DNA from: Candidatus Aenigmatarchaeota archaeon
GTDB lineage: Archaea > Aenigmatarchaeota > Aenigmatarchaeia > JACPZZ01
Assembly: GCA_016177205.1 (NCBI GenBank)
Contig: JACOVS010000039.1
Coordinates: 1-54,754, forward strand
Length of the DNA stretch: 54,754 nucleotides
Reading direction: 5' to 3'
Part shown: positions 44,104 to 52,883 of the stretch, in pieces
Layout of the letters: each line of letters starts with the position of its first letter
Numbering within the stretch: the first letter of the stretch is position 1
The notes under the pieces: generated by a model
What the model was told of the DNA's origin: nothing
What the model saw: the letters and a program-made list of their open reading frames with translations, nothing else
The model's database searches: none
Position numbers and translations under genes: made by a program

Positions 44104-45228
44104 CTACACTTCCTCGTCCTTGACTATCTTGCCTATGTGGTGTATGAACTTCCTCACATATTCGCGGTGTGAATAAATCTCCTTGTCCGGTATCTCCGTT
44201 ACCTTGCCTTCACGGACTTTCTTCCTCATCTCTTCAAGACGGTTGAATATGTCCACGTAATGCCGCTCCACAAGCCCTTCATCGACAAGGTATTTTTTGA
44301 ACGCGCTCTGTATCTCATCCTTGTTGTCGGGAAGCTTCTTAACGGATTTTAACGCCGCTACAACAGCCTTTGTCATAACGTCGTAGCTTTTTTCCACTAT
44401 CCTCTCCTTCTTTTTCAGTTCCAGCGCATCCGCGACCTGCAGCATCCTGTTTACGAATTCATCGGCCTTTTTCAGCCACTCATCAAGATCCTGGCCCTTA
44501 ATGTCGTTTATTTTTTTGTGTTCCACCTCTTTTCTGAACTGGTTTATTTCGTCCAGCCAATCCGCATATTTTCCTTCTATTATCTTGGTATCTACAAGGT
44601 GCTTGCGAAATTCTTCTGCGGCCCGTCCGGGCGACGGCGGCGAGAAACCCAGCGACATCAAAACCGCTTGCGTCATGTCTATCATCGCATAATAGCAGTC
44701 CTCCGCAACCATGTATAATTTGACTTCATTGACCCTCCGCAGCCTCTTTGGAGCCTTGTCCAACAACGCATCGGCCGCTTCTTTTGTTGCGGGTATGCGG
44801 CCCAGTTCAAGCAGCCTTTTGACCGGCATGAAAAATCCCGTATCGAAAACGGGTATGCCGTCGCGAACGAAGTTGTAAATCAGCGGATGCGACGTCCGTA
44901 CCATGTCCCAGAATTCCGTCAGGGTGTACGCCGGCTGTACGATTATGTCCTTGTTTATCTCCTGCGCCATTATGTCGATCTCGACGTCGATTCTTCTTTT
45001 CTCCTCTGGCGTGAAATTTACCTTCGTGTCGTCGATTACAAGAAACATGTCTATATCCGAATTGCTGCGGAACTCGTCCCTCGCCACGGACCCGACTAAA
45101 ACAACGCACTTCACGTATTTGCCGAACTTGTCGAGTATCTTCTGTGTCAACGCCTTGACCATGTCGGCCCTGCGCTTGCGCGCTATGTCCTTGATGGATT
45201 TTCTCTTGGGTATTGATTTTATCCTCAT
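44104..45228 (-). CDS. MNT-HEPN fusion, long form
   Basis: VGSVAR...SDIDMF; LTEFWD..R..HP; HEPN-like RKEVEH. Confidence 0.85.
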   Translation of the reverse strand: MRIKSIPKRKSIKDIARKRRADMVKALTQKILDKFGKYVKCVVLVGSVARDEFRSNSDIDMFLVIDDTKVNFTPEEKRRIDVEIDIMAQEINKDIIVQPAYTLTEFWDMVRTSHPLIYNFVRDGIPVFDTGFFMPVKRLLELGRIPATKEAADALLDKAPKRLRRVNEVKLYMVAEDCYYAMIDMTQAVLMSLGFSPPSPGRAAEEFRKHLVDTKIIEGKYADWLDEINQFRKEVEHKKINDIKGQDLDEWLKKADEFVNRMLQVADALELKKKERIVEKSYDVMTKAVVAALKSVKKLPDNKDEIQSAFKKYLVDEGLVERHYVDIFNRLEEMRKKVREGKVTEIPDKEIYSHREYVRKFIHHIGKIVKDEEV

Positions 45229-45230
45229 TT

Positions 45231-46094
45231 TTATTCCTCTGCGTACCCTTTCAGGAATTTATTCATCGCCTCTACGAATTCGCCGGTTTCGCGCCGCTGC
45301 TTCTCCAAAACATCCCCGGGTATGTTTTTTATTTCCTTGTGGTCTATTTTTTTCCACAACTGGAATGTGTGCACGTAATAATCCACGTACTTCTGGTCAA
45401 GTTTTCCCTCCTTAACCATCCTCTCCAGCACCGACGGAATTTCGCGCGGCTCCGGCTGGTGCTTGTACGCAAGCATGGAAACGGCCTGCGCGGAGGCCGT
45501 CATCGCGTCATAGTACCGTATGATCGCCGCCCGTATGTAATTTTCCGCCTTTTCCATGTTCTTCGGCGCTATTTTGGAGTAAAGCCTTATCGCCTCCTGG
45601 GACGGCGTTATCCTGCCCGCTTCCAGGAGCCTTTGCGTCGGCTTCAAAAAGCCCGCGTCATAAATCGGGTAACCGTAGCGCAAAAAATTGAACAGTATTG
45701 GGTCGCCGTGCCGTATCCAGTCCCAGAAGTCGGTTATCGTATGGACCTGCGGGTGCAGATCGCCGATGCGGTCCGCAATAAGCCTGATATTCTCGTCGGC
45801 CCTGTCTATCTGCTCGGGAAATATTTTGGGATCCGTGTCGTCCAGGATAATCAGCACATCAACGTCGCCCGCCTTTTTCGCGCCTTTCGCCGCAGACCCG
45901 AACAACAGCACGCCTTTGACAAGGTCCGGAAATTGTTCCCGCACTATCTTTGCAAATTTCATGGCCTTTGAAACGCGCGCCTTAGGCTCATAGTCCTTCC
46001 CTTCCGCTCTCTTATCAGCTTCCACAAGAACCCTTCCGCTTTTTATTGCGAGCCCTGAAATATAAGCTTCTACCTTAATTCTTCCTTCTTCCAC
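45231..46094 (-). CDS. MNT-HEPN fusion, short form (start may be GTG 46025)
   Basis: FGSAAKG...GDVDVL; ITDFWDWIRHGDP; WKKIDH. Confidence 0.85.
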   Translation of the reverse strand: MEEGRIKVEAYISGLAIKSGRVLVEADKRAEGKDYEPKARVSKAMKFAKIVREQFPDLVKGVLLFGSAAKGAKKAGDVDVLIILDDTDPKIFPEQIDRADENIRLIADRIGDLHPQVHTITDFWDWIRHGDPILFNFLRYGYPIYDAGFLKPTQRLLEAGRITPSQEAIRLYSKIAPKNMEKAENYIRAAIIRYYDAMTASAQAVSMLAYKHQPEPREIPSVLERMVKEGKLDQKYVDYYVHTFQLWKKIDHKEIKNIPGDVLEKQRRETGEFVEAMNKFLKGYAEE

Positions 46095-48094
46095 TTCTCT
46101 GGAAGCAGTCCAGGCCTTTCCGTGGCAACGCGCCCGAGGTACGTGTGCTCTTCTTCCGGGACTGCCAGCGTGCCGGCCAGCGGCGCGAAGAAATGGTTTT
46201 GTATCACTGTCATTTGCCTTTGCTCCGAGAATTCCGATTCAGGCGAAACGCCGTAGAATTCCGGCGGCAGTTTGTCGGGATCCATCTCTTTTTCCAGGTA
46301 TTCTACGATGAGCCTCATGGCATAAACGCTGGAGCGCATCCATTCCAGCGGGCTCTGCCCTCCACCCCTTTCAAAAATAACCCAGCCGTCCCTGAAGCCT
46401 TTTTTTCTCAATTCGTACAGGTAACGGTAAATAAGCTCCTGCGCCTCCGAGCCCACGTAAACCGGCGCGTGCGCGGGGTGTATCGGTTTTGGCTGCCCCA
46501 CATGAATGGCTTTGCAAAACGCGCCGCCGTCCGGCGGTAATTCCTTGATCTCAAGGTCGATGTTTAAGTTATGGGTTAACATGTGCTCGAAATCGAGCGC
46601 AATGAAAACCAGGTCCGACAGGTAATTGGCGTTGCCGTTGAACTCCCTGATTTTTTTTACTAATTGGTAAATGTGCTCGGAGCGCACGATTCTCAGCAGG
46701 CCTTCCTGTTTTTCCGTGATTTGAGGCGTCTCAAACATAGCTACGATTTTGTTTTCTTTTATGTACTCCTTCATTGTCAGTTCCTTTCCGCCTTTGTTTT
46801 TTTCTATTGTGAACTTTCCAGTAAAAGGGTCGCGGTACTGCATTTTAGAGGAGAAATGCCCGTTCACGTACTCCATCGCAACGACTGTCGAGACTAAAGC
46901 TTGCACGCGGCGGTCGTGGCTTCTTAGAAGGTTATCGACTGTTATATCTTCGTCGCCTTTGAACGCCTTGCCCTCTGCCCGGAACTGCGCGCTTAATTGG
47001 CTTTTAACATATTCCGTATGGCAGATTGTTTTCCATTGCGGCGATCCCTGCAGCAGCCTTCCTACGATTTCATACGCCAGCCGCTCGTCGTAACCGAAAA
47101 ACGGGACGTATTTGTTGGACATTTCATCCTTGATGAATTTTTCCGCGTAATCGTGCAGCTTGTCCCTGACATTGTTTCTCATCCTGGCAAAGTACGCGTC
47201 CAGCTCCGCGCCCCGCCGGTTCAGATTGTTGAATATTATCGTTACGTAATTGTCTATCGAACCCTGCCCCCGGTTTATCGCCTCGGTCTGTTGCGTGATG
47301 AAATCCTCGGTCGGGACCGGCGCCAGCACGCTCCGGCGGTTTTCGTCCAGCATTGGAACCTGGACAATGTTTCCGTGCGCCCTCAATTCCTTCTCAAGGT
47401 CCTGCTTCATGTCCCGCCACATCATCTTGCTTATGTTTTCCCGCACCTCGCCTATGGCTATGCCAGCAATAGGCGACAGGTATTCGTTGGCAGTGTCCTG
47501 GAATTCCCTGTGCCTCGGATCCGTAGCTTCCGGTCCGCCGCCGACTATGTAGTTTTCAAGTATTATCCTCCTTATCGTGACGATCTGTTCGTTTGTAAGG
47601 TGGGGGTATTCCTTTGACCTGAATTTGCGGTTTTCCCCATCCCCCGAGGGCTGGAAATACAGCAGGACATAGTACAGTGTGTTTCCGTCCGGCGCGACTA
47701 GTCGTTGGAAGCGATAACCTAACATCGAAGACCCGATTGTGGGCGGCGGTTCTGAAGAAGCGTGAAATAGCATGTACGACGTTTTCGTCCTTACCGCGCC
47801 TTTTATGTGGTCGGTTAGCCTCTCGTGGAAAATGTCCCAGATGTCTTTTACCGCGTGCTCTAGTTTCATGTCGAACTCTCCGTGTATGCCATAATTTAAT
47901 CCCAAATCTTCGCGGGCTATGGTCAGTTGCTGCTCCAAAAGGGGTTCCATGAATTCCGACGGCGATTCGATGTCCAGTTGAACAAAGGTGACTCCGTACG
48001 TCGCCGCGGACATGGCCTTAAACCCGAGCCCCAGCAGATCCGGCGTCTTGGCTATCCCCCACCACCCGCTTGATACGCCTATTGTGTACACCAT
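46070..48094 (-). CDS. xylose isomerase/AP-endonuclease-2-like TIM-barrel protein with large helical insertion
   Basis: GIHG, FHAS, then after a long insert MFE, LDFEH, IHVG, HAP, IFE metal-ligand pattern. Confidence 0.7.
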   Translation of the reverse strand: MVYTIGVSSGWWGIAKTPDLLGLGFKAMSAATYGVTFVQLDIESPSEFMEPLLEQQLTIAREDLGLNYGIHGEFDMKLEHAVKDIWDIFHERLTDHIKGAVRTKTSYMLFHASSEPPPTIGSSMLGYRFQRLVAPDGNTLYYVLLYFQPSGDGENRKFRSKEYPHLTNEQIVTIRRIILENYIVGGGPEATDPRHREFQDTANEYLSPIAGIAIGEVRENISKMMWRDMKQDLEKELRAHGNIVQVPMLDENRRSVLAPVPTEDFITQQTEAINRGQGSIDNYVTIIFNNLNRRGAELDAYFARMRNNVRDKLHDYAEKFIKDEMSNKYVPFFGYDERLAYEIVGRLLQGSPQWKTICHTEYVKSQLSAQFRAEGKAFKGDEDITVDNLLRSHDRRVQALVSTVVAMEYVNGHFSSKMQYRDPFTGKFTIEKNKGGKELTMKEYIKENKIVAMFETPQITEKQEGLLRIVRSEHIYQLVKKIREFNGNANYLSDLVFIALDFEHMLTHNLNIDLEIKELPPDGGAFCKAIHVGQPKPIHPAHAPVYVGSEAQELIYRYLYELRKKGFRDGWVIFERGGGQSPLEWMRSSVYAMRLIVEYLEKEMDPDKLPPEFYGVSPESEFSEQRQMTVIQNHFFAPLAGTLAVPEEEHTYLGRVATERPGLLPEKWKKEELR

Positions 48095-48112
48095 TTTATT
48101 TCACCGCGCATG

Positions 48113-48162
48113 TTTTTTCTTTCCCTTAAGGATTTCTTTTTTCTTAAAAAAGAAAGGCTTAT
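48113..48162. repeat. family A repeat copy
   Basis: TTTTCTTTCCCTTAAGG-A-TTTCTTTTTT-CTT-AAAAAAGAAA-GGCTTAT. Confidence 0.75.
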
Positions 48163-50064
48163 TTAATCGCCTATTCTCGCCGCGCCCTCAAACCAGCTGA
48201 TAAACTCATCACGGTACGTGTCAGCGAAGGCTTTCGAAAATTGCCGCGTTATGCGGTCCCTCAGGTTTGTTTCGTACGGGCCTTTTTTGAAAAACTGGAA
48301 CCTGTTGCCCGAACCGATAAAGATTTCCAGGAAGTTTTGCATTTCGTTCAGCCTGTGATCCACGGATTTCACAATGTCGAATTCCTCCTTTTTCCCGTCG
48401 TCCTTTTTTTCAGCAGCGTAAAGTTCCGGGAATTTCTTTTTCGCCACGTCCTCCATGTTGCCCGTTATCCCCGCGTCTATTTTTTCATTCTCGTCTATCG
48501 CTGTTAATCCCAGGACCTCTTCCACGTCCCGGTCAAATCTCTGCTCGCTCGCCCACCTTTCCACAAGCTTGACAAGAAGCACGTTCTGGCTGATGAAAGC
48601 GATTTTTATGAAAACGAAGCCGTCGTCCGCAGTCCCCTGTGGAAGGTTTATTATAGCGCGGGCAAATGTCAGGTCCCATAGTACATAGTATATATAGTCC
48701 GGGTGCAGCTGCAGTGTATTTTGGTACGTTTTCGGCTGGGATGTAGACTCCTTCAGCAGCCAGACAACCTGCGCTTCCATTTCCTTTGGCTTTATCCAGG
48801 GGTGTTCTTCAATCAGCGAGGGGCCGTCCACGCGGCCTCTCTTGCTGCCGTGCTTATCGCCGTACAAAGCGACCTTTGCAACCACATCGTAGGGATTTAA
48901 CCAAAACGTGGTCGTGGTTTTGCCTCCTTCCACATCCCTGTAGCTTAACCCGAACCTTTTCAGTATGGCCTCATCTTCTGCCCTTTCCTCCTTCTTTTTT
49001 CCCAGGTATTCCAGTTCGACGTCTATTTCCTTTCTTTGAACGCTCGCCCTGTACATGTCGCCCGGGGCAAAGGGTTTCCATGCGTAAGTAGCTATGTCGT
49101 GAAACGACATCGCGTGCGCGCCGACGTGTAATCTGTGAGTCATCGCTCGCCCCCCCGTTTTGGCCGCGACCCCATCGGCTCCGGCCGATGCCCCGGAAGG
49201 ATCCGACGCCTTTTCGTGACTCTCCTGAAGCAGTTCGTGCTGTATAACATAAGGCCGCAGCCATTTTTTGTATTGTTCTATGCTCTTTCGCCTTGCGTTC
49301 ATCAGGCTCAGTATGTTCAGGTACCTCTGTTTTACAGCGCCCTTAAAAAGGTCTTTCCATTTCAGGAAAAGCTTGTTTTTCGTTGCCAGGACAACAGCCT
49401 CTGCCGTTGTTATTTTTGGTACGAAATCCTTTACAATGTCCTCGGACGCGGTCATGCTGTCCTGCAACTTCATGAAATCCACTATGATGTTCGGCCACCG
49501 GCTGACTATTAATTTCAGCGCGACGCCCTCGCCCGTGTGGACGTCAACCTGGTCTATGAAAATCGCCTTTAACGAGGTGTTCGATTCCAGTATGTCCCTC
49601 TCAGCCTTTTTTTTCGCCTCTTCGTTGTTTTCCTTCTTCGCCTTTGCAAGGTCTTTGGCGCCCTTTTCGTACCTGTTCAAATAGTCCAGGTAGTCCTGGT
49701 ATTTCCTGTGGTCGTGGGCCAGCAGCTCGTAATCGCTTATCGCCCGCGATGCGGATTCAAGGCCGGCCTTGATTTTCGTTTCCAGGTCCTGCTTCTGCGC
49801 GATCGTAGACGCGTAATATTCCCTGTATGTGGGATTTATCTCAAACCTGTCCGCGTATTTGAAAACGCCGTACCCGAATTTGGGAAGCTGCAACATCGTC
49901 TTGACGTAAAGGAGCGAGATAAATCCCAGCGGCCCGGTCGGGTTTATCAGAATGCCGGGGAAGTTGTAGGCATCGATTCCGAAGCTGTCCTGTACGCCGT
50001 TCTGGTCCGGCGGGTATGTTATAAGGAACTCCCCGTTCATTCTGTTAACCACGAATCTTACCAT
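48163..50064 (-). CDS. large cytoplasmic helical hypothetical protein
   Basis: 633-aa ORF, coiled-coil N-half, co-oriented with the TIM-barrel and MNT genes. Confidence 0.75.
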   Translation of the reverse strand: MVRFVVNRMNGEFLITYPPDQNGVQDSFGIDAYNFPGILINPTGPLGFISLLYVKTMLQLPKFGYGVFKYADRFEINPTYREYYASTIAQKQDLETKIKAGLESASRAISDYELLAHDHRKYQDYLDYLNRYEKGAKDLAKAKKENNEEAKKKAERDILESNTSLKAIFIDQVDVHTGEGVALKLIVSRWPNIIVDFMKLQDSMTASEDIVKDFVPKITTAEAVVLATKNKLFLKWKDLFKGAVKQRYLNILSLMNARRKSIEQYKKWLRPYVIQHELLQESHEKASDPSGASAGADGVAAKTGGRAMTHRLHVGAHAMSFHDIATYAWKPFAPGDMYRASVQRKEIDVELEYLGKKKEERAEDEAILKRFGLSYRDVEGGKTTTTFWLNPYDVVAKVALYGDKHGSKRGRVDGPSLIEEHPWIKPKEMEAQVVWLLKESTSQPKTYQNTLQLHPDYIYYVLWDLTFARAIINLPQGTADDGFVFIKIAFISQNVLLVKLVERWASEQRFDRDVEEVLGLTAIDENEKIDAGITGNMEDVAKKKFPELYAAEKKDDGKKEEFDIVKSVDHRLNEMQNFLEIFIGSGNRFQFFKKGPYETNLRDRITRQFSKAFADTYRDEFISWFEGAARIGD

Positions 50065-50068
50065 TGGT

Positions 50069-50233
50069 TCACCCCAGCAAAAGCCTTATGCCTATGATCA
50101 GCAGGAACAGGCCCGCGAATATCGCAACCAGAGTGAAGGGCCCGAACTCCAAGTCTTCCGTGTCAGGGAAGTATATTATTAAAAAAAGGCCAGCGCCTAT
50201 AAGCATCAACCCCCCAATTTGTTCGAAAACCAC
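50069..50233 (-). CDS. small 2-TM hairpin protein
   Basis: probable GTG start at 50233 (MVFEQIGG); TM-FP-loop-TM. Confidence 0.65.
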   Translation of the reverse strand: MVFEQIGGLMLIGAGLFLIIYFPDTEDLEFGPFTLVAIFAGLFLLIIGIRLLLG

Positions 50234-50284
50234 GCAGATCAATATAATATTGTACTCGGCCGGTAAAAAAGTTATTCTGCAGGC

Positions 50285-50318
50285 TGAAGCATACCGCATA
50301 CTGTATCGGTATGCTTCA
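50285..50318. repeat. isolated family C palindrome
   Basis: TGAAGCATACCG-CATACTGTAT-CGGTATGCTTCA, near-identical to 35112-35143. Confidence 0.85.
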
Positions 50319-50319
50319 T

Positions 50320-50502
50320 TCAGACGCTCCAGAGGTAAAGTCCGATGATTATCAGCGTGCCCGGCACAAGCACGCCGATAAACCTGAACTTCGGCTCGTA
50401 ATCGCGCGACGGAAAGAACGCCCCCATGAAAAAGCCCAGGATGATCAGTACGGTTCCCAGCACCTTCAGGAAAACCATGTCAAAGCTGGTAAATTCAACC
50501 AT
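50320..50502 (-). CDS. small 2-TM hairpin protein
   Basis: TM-FFP-loop-TM, resembles 50069..50233. Confidence 0.7.
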   Translation of the reverse strand: MVEFTSFDMVFLKVLGTVLIILGFFMGAFFPSRDYEPKFRFIGVLVPGTLIIIGLYLWSV

Positions 50503-50511
50503 CGCAATCGC

Positions 50512-51396
50512 CTAGAACAATACTAAGTATAGCCCGGCAAGGGTTAAAATGGTTCCGAGCAGAAGGCCAGAGCCTGTTATGCCCGGTATCTCCCTTTCGC
50601 TGATCCTAAGGAAAAACGCTATGACAATAAGGCCGGCAGCCATTATGAACAACGCCGTCCCCCGGAGAAGTCCCGGGAACAACCCTTGTACCGAGGCCAG
50701 GAAAAACACTGCCAGTATCGCCGAGGCTGTCCCGATCCACGATATTACCCCGTGCCCGGACGTCGAATCCGGGAACATCCTGGCTGCCGCGTAAGCAAAC
50801 AGGGCCAGGACAGCAAATATAAAAGTTGGCAAAAACCCTGAAAGCACAAAAATGAACCCGCCCAGAACCGCAACCGCTGCCAGCAGGAAGAACATCCAAC
50901 CACTCTCCTCTGAGAACTTGGAAAATGCGAAGACCATTACGCCGAACATTGTTATCAGTAACATCAACCCTGTTGCTGTTAAGCTCATCCCGGTCGGCAG
51001 CGCGCCGCCCCCAAGGAATATTATGATGGCCGCGGCTACCGTGAGTACAAGGATGTGGCTGTCAGGCTTGTTGTTCCCGGCAAGGCCGTAGACAAACACC
51101 AGTATTGCGCTGAAAACCAAAAGAAACGTGGCCACGCTCGTAAATCCCGAGGTCGAGCTTGCCAGGAACCCGCCCACGATAAGTACGGACGCCACCGCAA
51201 TCGCCGCGCCAGGCCTTTCAGCCCCCGCACTCAAAAAGCCGAAAAGGGCCAGGAGTATGAACAGTCCCGTGGTTATGCTTAACGTGGAAAAGGCCTCCAA
51301 AACGCCCCGTGGCCCACTTACAAGGACAAAGAGCAGAAGAACAGTTAGCGTGACCAGCAAAACTCCGGCCTTCAATATGGCCGATTCGGACGCCAT
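50512..51396 (-). CDS. polytopic membrane protein (about 10 TM)
   Basis: almost entirely hydrophobic helices with short loops. Confidence 0.75.
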   Translation of the reverse strand: MASESAILKAGVLLVTLTVLLLFVLVSGPRGVLEAFSTLSITTGLFILLALFGFLSAGAERPGAAIAVASVLIVGGFLASSTSGFTSVATFLLVFSAILVFVYGLAGNNKPDSHILVLTVAAAIIIFLGGGALPTGMSLTATGLMLLITMFGVMVFAFSKFSEESGWMFFLLAAVAVLGGFIFVLSGFLPTFIFAVLALFAYAAARMFPDSTSGHGVISWIGTASAILAVFFLASVQGLFPGLLRGTALFIMAAGLIVIAFFLRISEREIPGITGSGLLLGTILTLAGLYLVLF

Positions 51397-51454
51397 AAAA
51401 CCATCTGTATTAGATTTTAAGGGGGAAGATTAAATAATAAAGTGAGGTTCTGAC

Positions 51455-51967
51455 ATGGTCATTGCAAGGACAAAACTAGTAATCGAGGACCCTTTCATAA
51501 GGTTCGACCCGTACTACATCGTCATGAATTATCGCGGGCCCAAGCCCGAGCGATTTTACACCCGTTTGTCCGAGCTGATACCCCTGATCTTCGGCGTCGA
51601 CCGCGGGCAGGTCCAGGAGCGTACGTTCAAATGGGACAACGTGGGCGACGCGCAAAAATTCGATGTTTTCTGGGAAATTTCAAAGCCGCTGGACAGGTTT
51701 ACGTACTTCCGCATGTCCGTAGAACTGACCGGCCAGAGCACAAAAGGCGAGGGCGTTGCCCGCGTGCGCCTATTCGGGACGCTGCGCACAGAGTACCCGC
51801 AGGATACGCTCTGGCAGAGAAGCATATTCTACGAGCTTATCAGAATGTTCTGGCACACCATTTTTTACAAGACACAAAGGTTGAAATACCTGCACGAGGG
51901 CCGCGCGCTGATAAGGAACATGGAAATAGAGATCAAAAAGGCTTTTGAAGAATTCAGGACGGCTTGA
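51455..51967 (+). CDS. hypothetical alpha/beta protein, paralog of 52027..52521
   Basis: YRGPKP, ERTFKWD, DRFT, LRTEY motifs; GAGGT RBS. Confidence 0.75.
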   Translation: MVIARTKLVIEDPFIRFDPYYIVMNYRGPKPERFYTRLSELIPLIFGVDRGQVQERTFKWDNVGDAQKFDVFWEISKPLDRFTYFRMSVELTGQSTKGEGVARVRLFGTLRTEYPQDTLWQRSIFYELIRMFWHTIFYKTQRLKYLHEGRALIRNMEIEIKKAFEEFRTA

Positions 51968-52026
51968 CCCGCCCTGATTTTCAATCAATAACAAAGTGGA
52001 CAATTATACAAACCGGGATGGTTTAG

Positions 52027-52521
52027 ATGGGAAAATGGCGCATTGCTGACGACCTCTTCGCACCTCATAAGGAAATCGACATGGTATACACCGGGCCGGA
52101 GCCATGGAAAATGGTCAACCAAGCCAACTCTCTGATACGCCAGTATTTCGAAATCAGCGGCACGCGCTGGACCCAGAAGGACGTGAGATGGGACATCACC
52201 GATGTTGTCCGGACATTTTTCACTGAGGTGGATTTCAAGAGGGAGGAAGACGGTTTCACAAACCTGCTGATCAACGTGCGTTACCAGGGAAAACAGCACG
52301 CTGAGACAAAACAAGGCACGGTGCGCATGATAATGTACGCGCAACTGCAAACGGATTTCGAATACGGCAACCCTCTGGTAAAGCTTGCCATTTTGATTTA
52401 CCTGAATTATTTTTACAAGGCCCGCAGGATCGCGATGCTGAAACGCAACGAAGAAAGGATGAACATGACGCTCAACGACCTTCGCACAGCGTTCAATTTG
52501 CCGGAGAAGATTAGCAGATGA
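52027..52521 (+). CDS. hypothetical alpha/beta protein, paralog of 51455..51967
   Basis: YTGPEP, QKDVRWD, DGFT, LQTDF motifs. Confidence 0.75.
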   Translation: MGKWRIADDLFAPHKEIDMVYTGPEPWKMVNQANSLIRQYFEISGTRWTQKDVRWDITDVVRTFFTEVDFKREEDGFTNLLINVRYQGKQHAETKQGTVRMIMYAQLQTDFEYGNPLVKLAILIYLNYFYKARRIAMLKRNEERMNMTLNDLRTAFNLPEKISR

Positions 52522-52883
52522 GCCTCCTGGACAGTGTGCTGGGCGCTGTAAGGAAGTTCTCCCCGAAAAAACCGGGCCTTGGAGAAGTGAAGCAAAGCAT
52601 GGAACCGCCAAGCGTGCGGCTTCCGTCCGAGGATGTTTTGAAATCGTACGAATCCCGCTACGAGGATAAAACGCCGCGCACGCCCATGGATGTTTTGCGT
52701 GAACCGCAACTGCCTGTGACGCAGCAGTATCCCGGCGCGCCAACGTACCCGGCGCAACCGAGCCCGGGCGGCGGCCCGAAGATAGACCTGATACTCGCGG
52801 AGATAGAGACCGTGAAGGCTCAGTTGAAGGTGTTGGGCGAAAAACTTGATATATTGGAAAGCCACTACAGGAAACCCTACTGA
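52518..52883 (+). CDS. Pro-rich protein with C-terminal coiled coil
   Basis: ATGA overlap; IDLILAEIETVKAQLKVLGEKLDILE. Confidence 0.7.
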   Translation: MSLLDSVLGAVRKFSPKKPGLGEVKQSMEPPSVRLPSEDVLKSYESRYEDKTPRTPMDVLREPQLPVTQQYPGAPTYPAQPSPGGGPKIDLILAEIETVKAQLKVLGEKLDILESHYRKPY

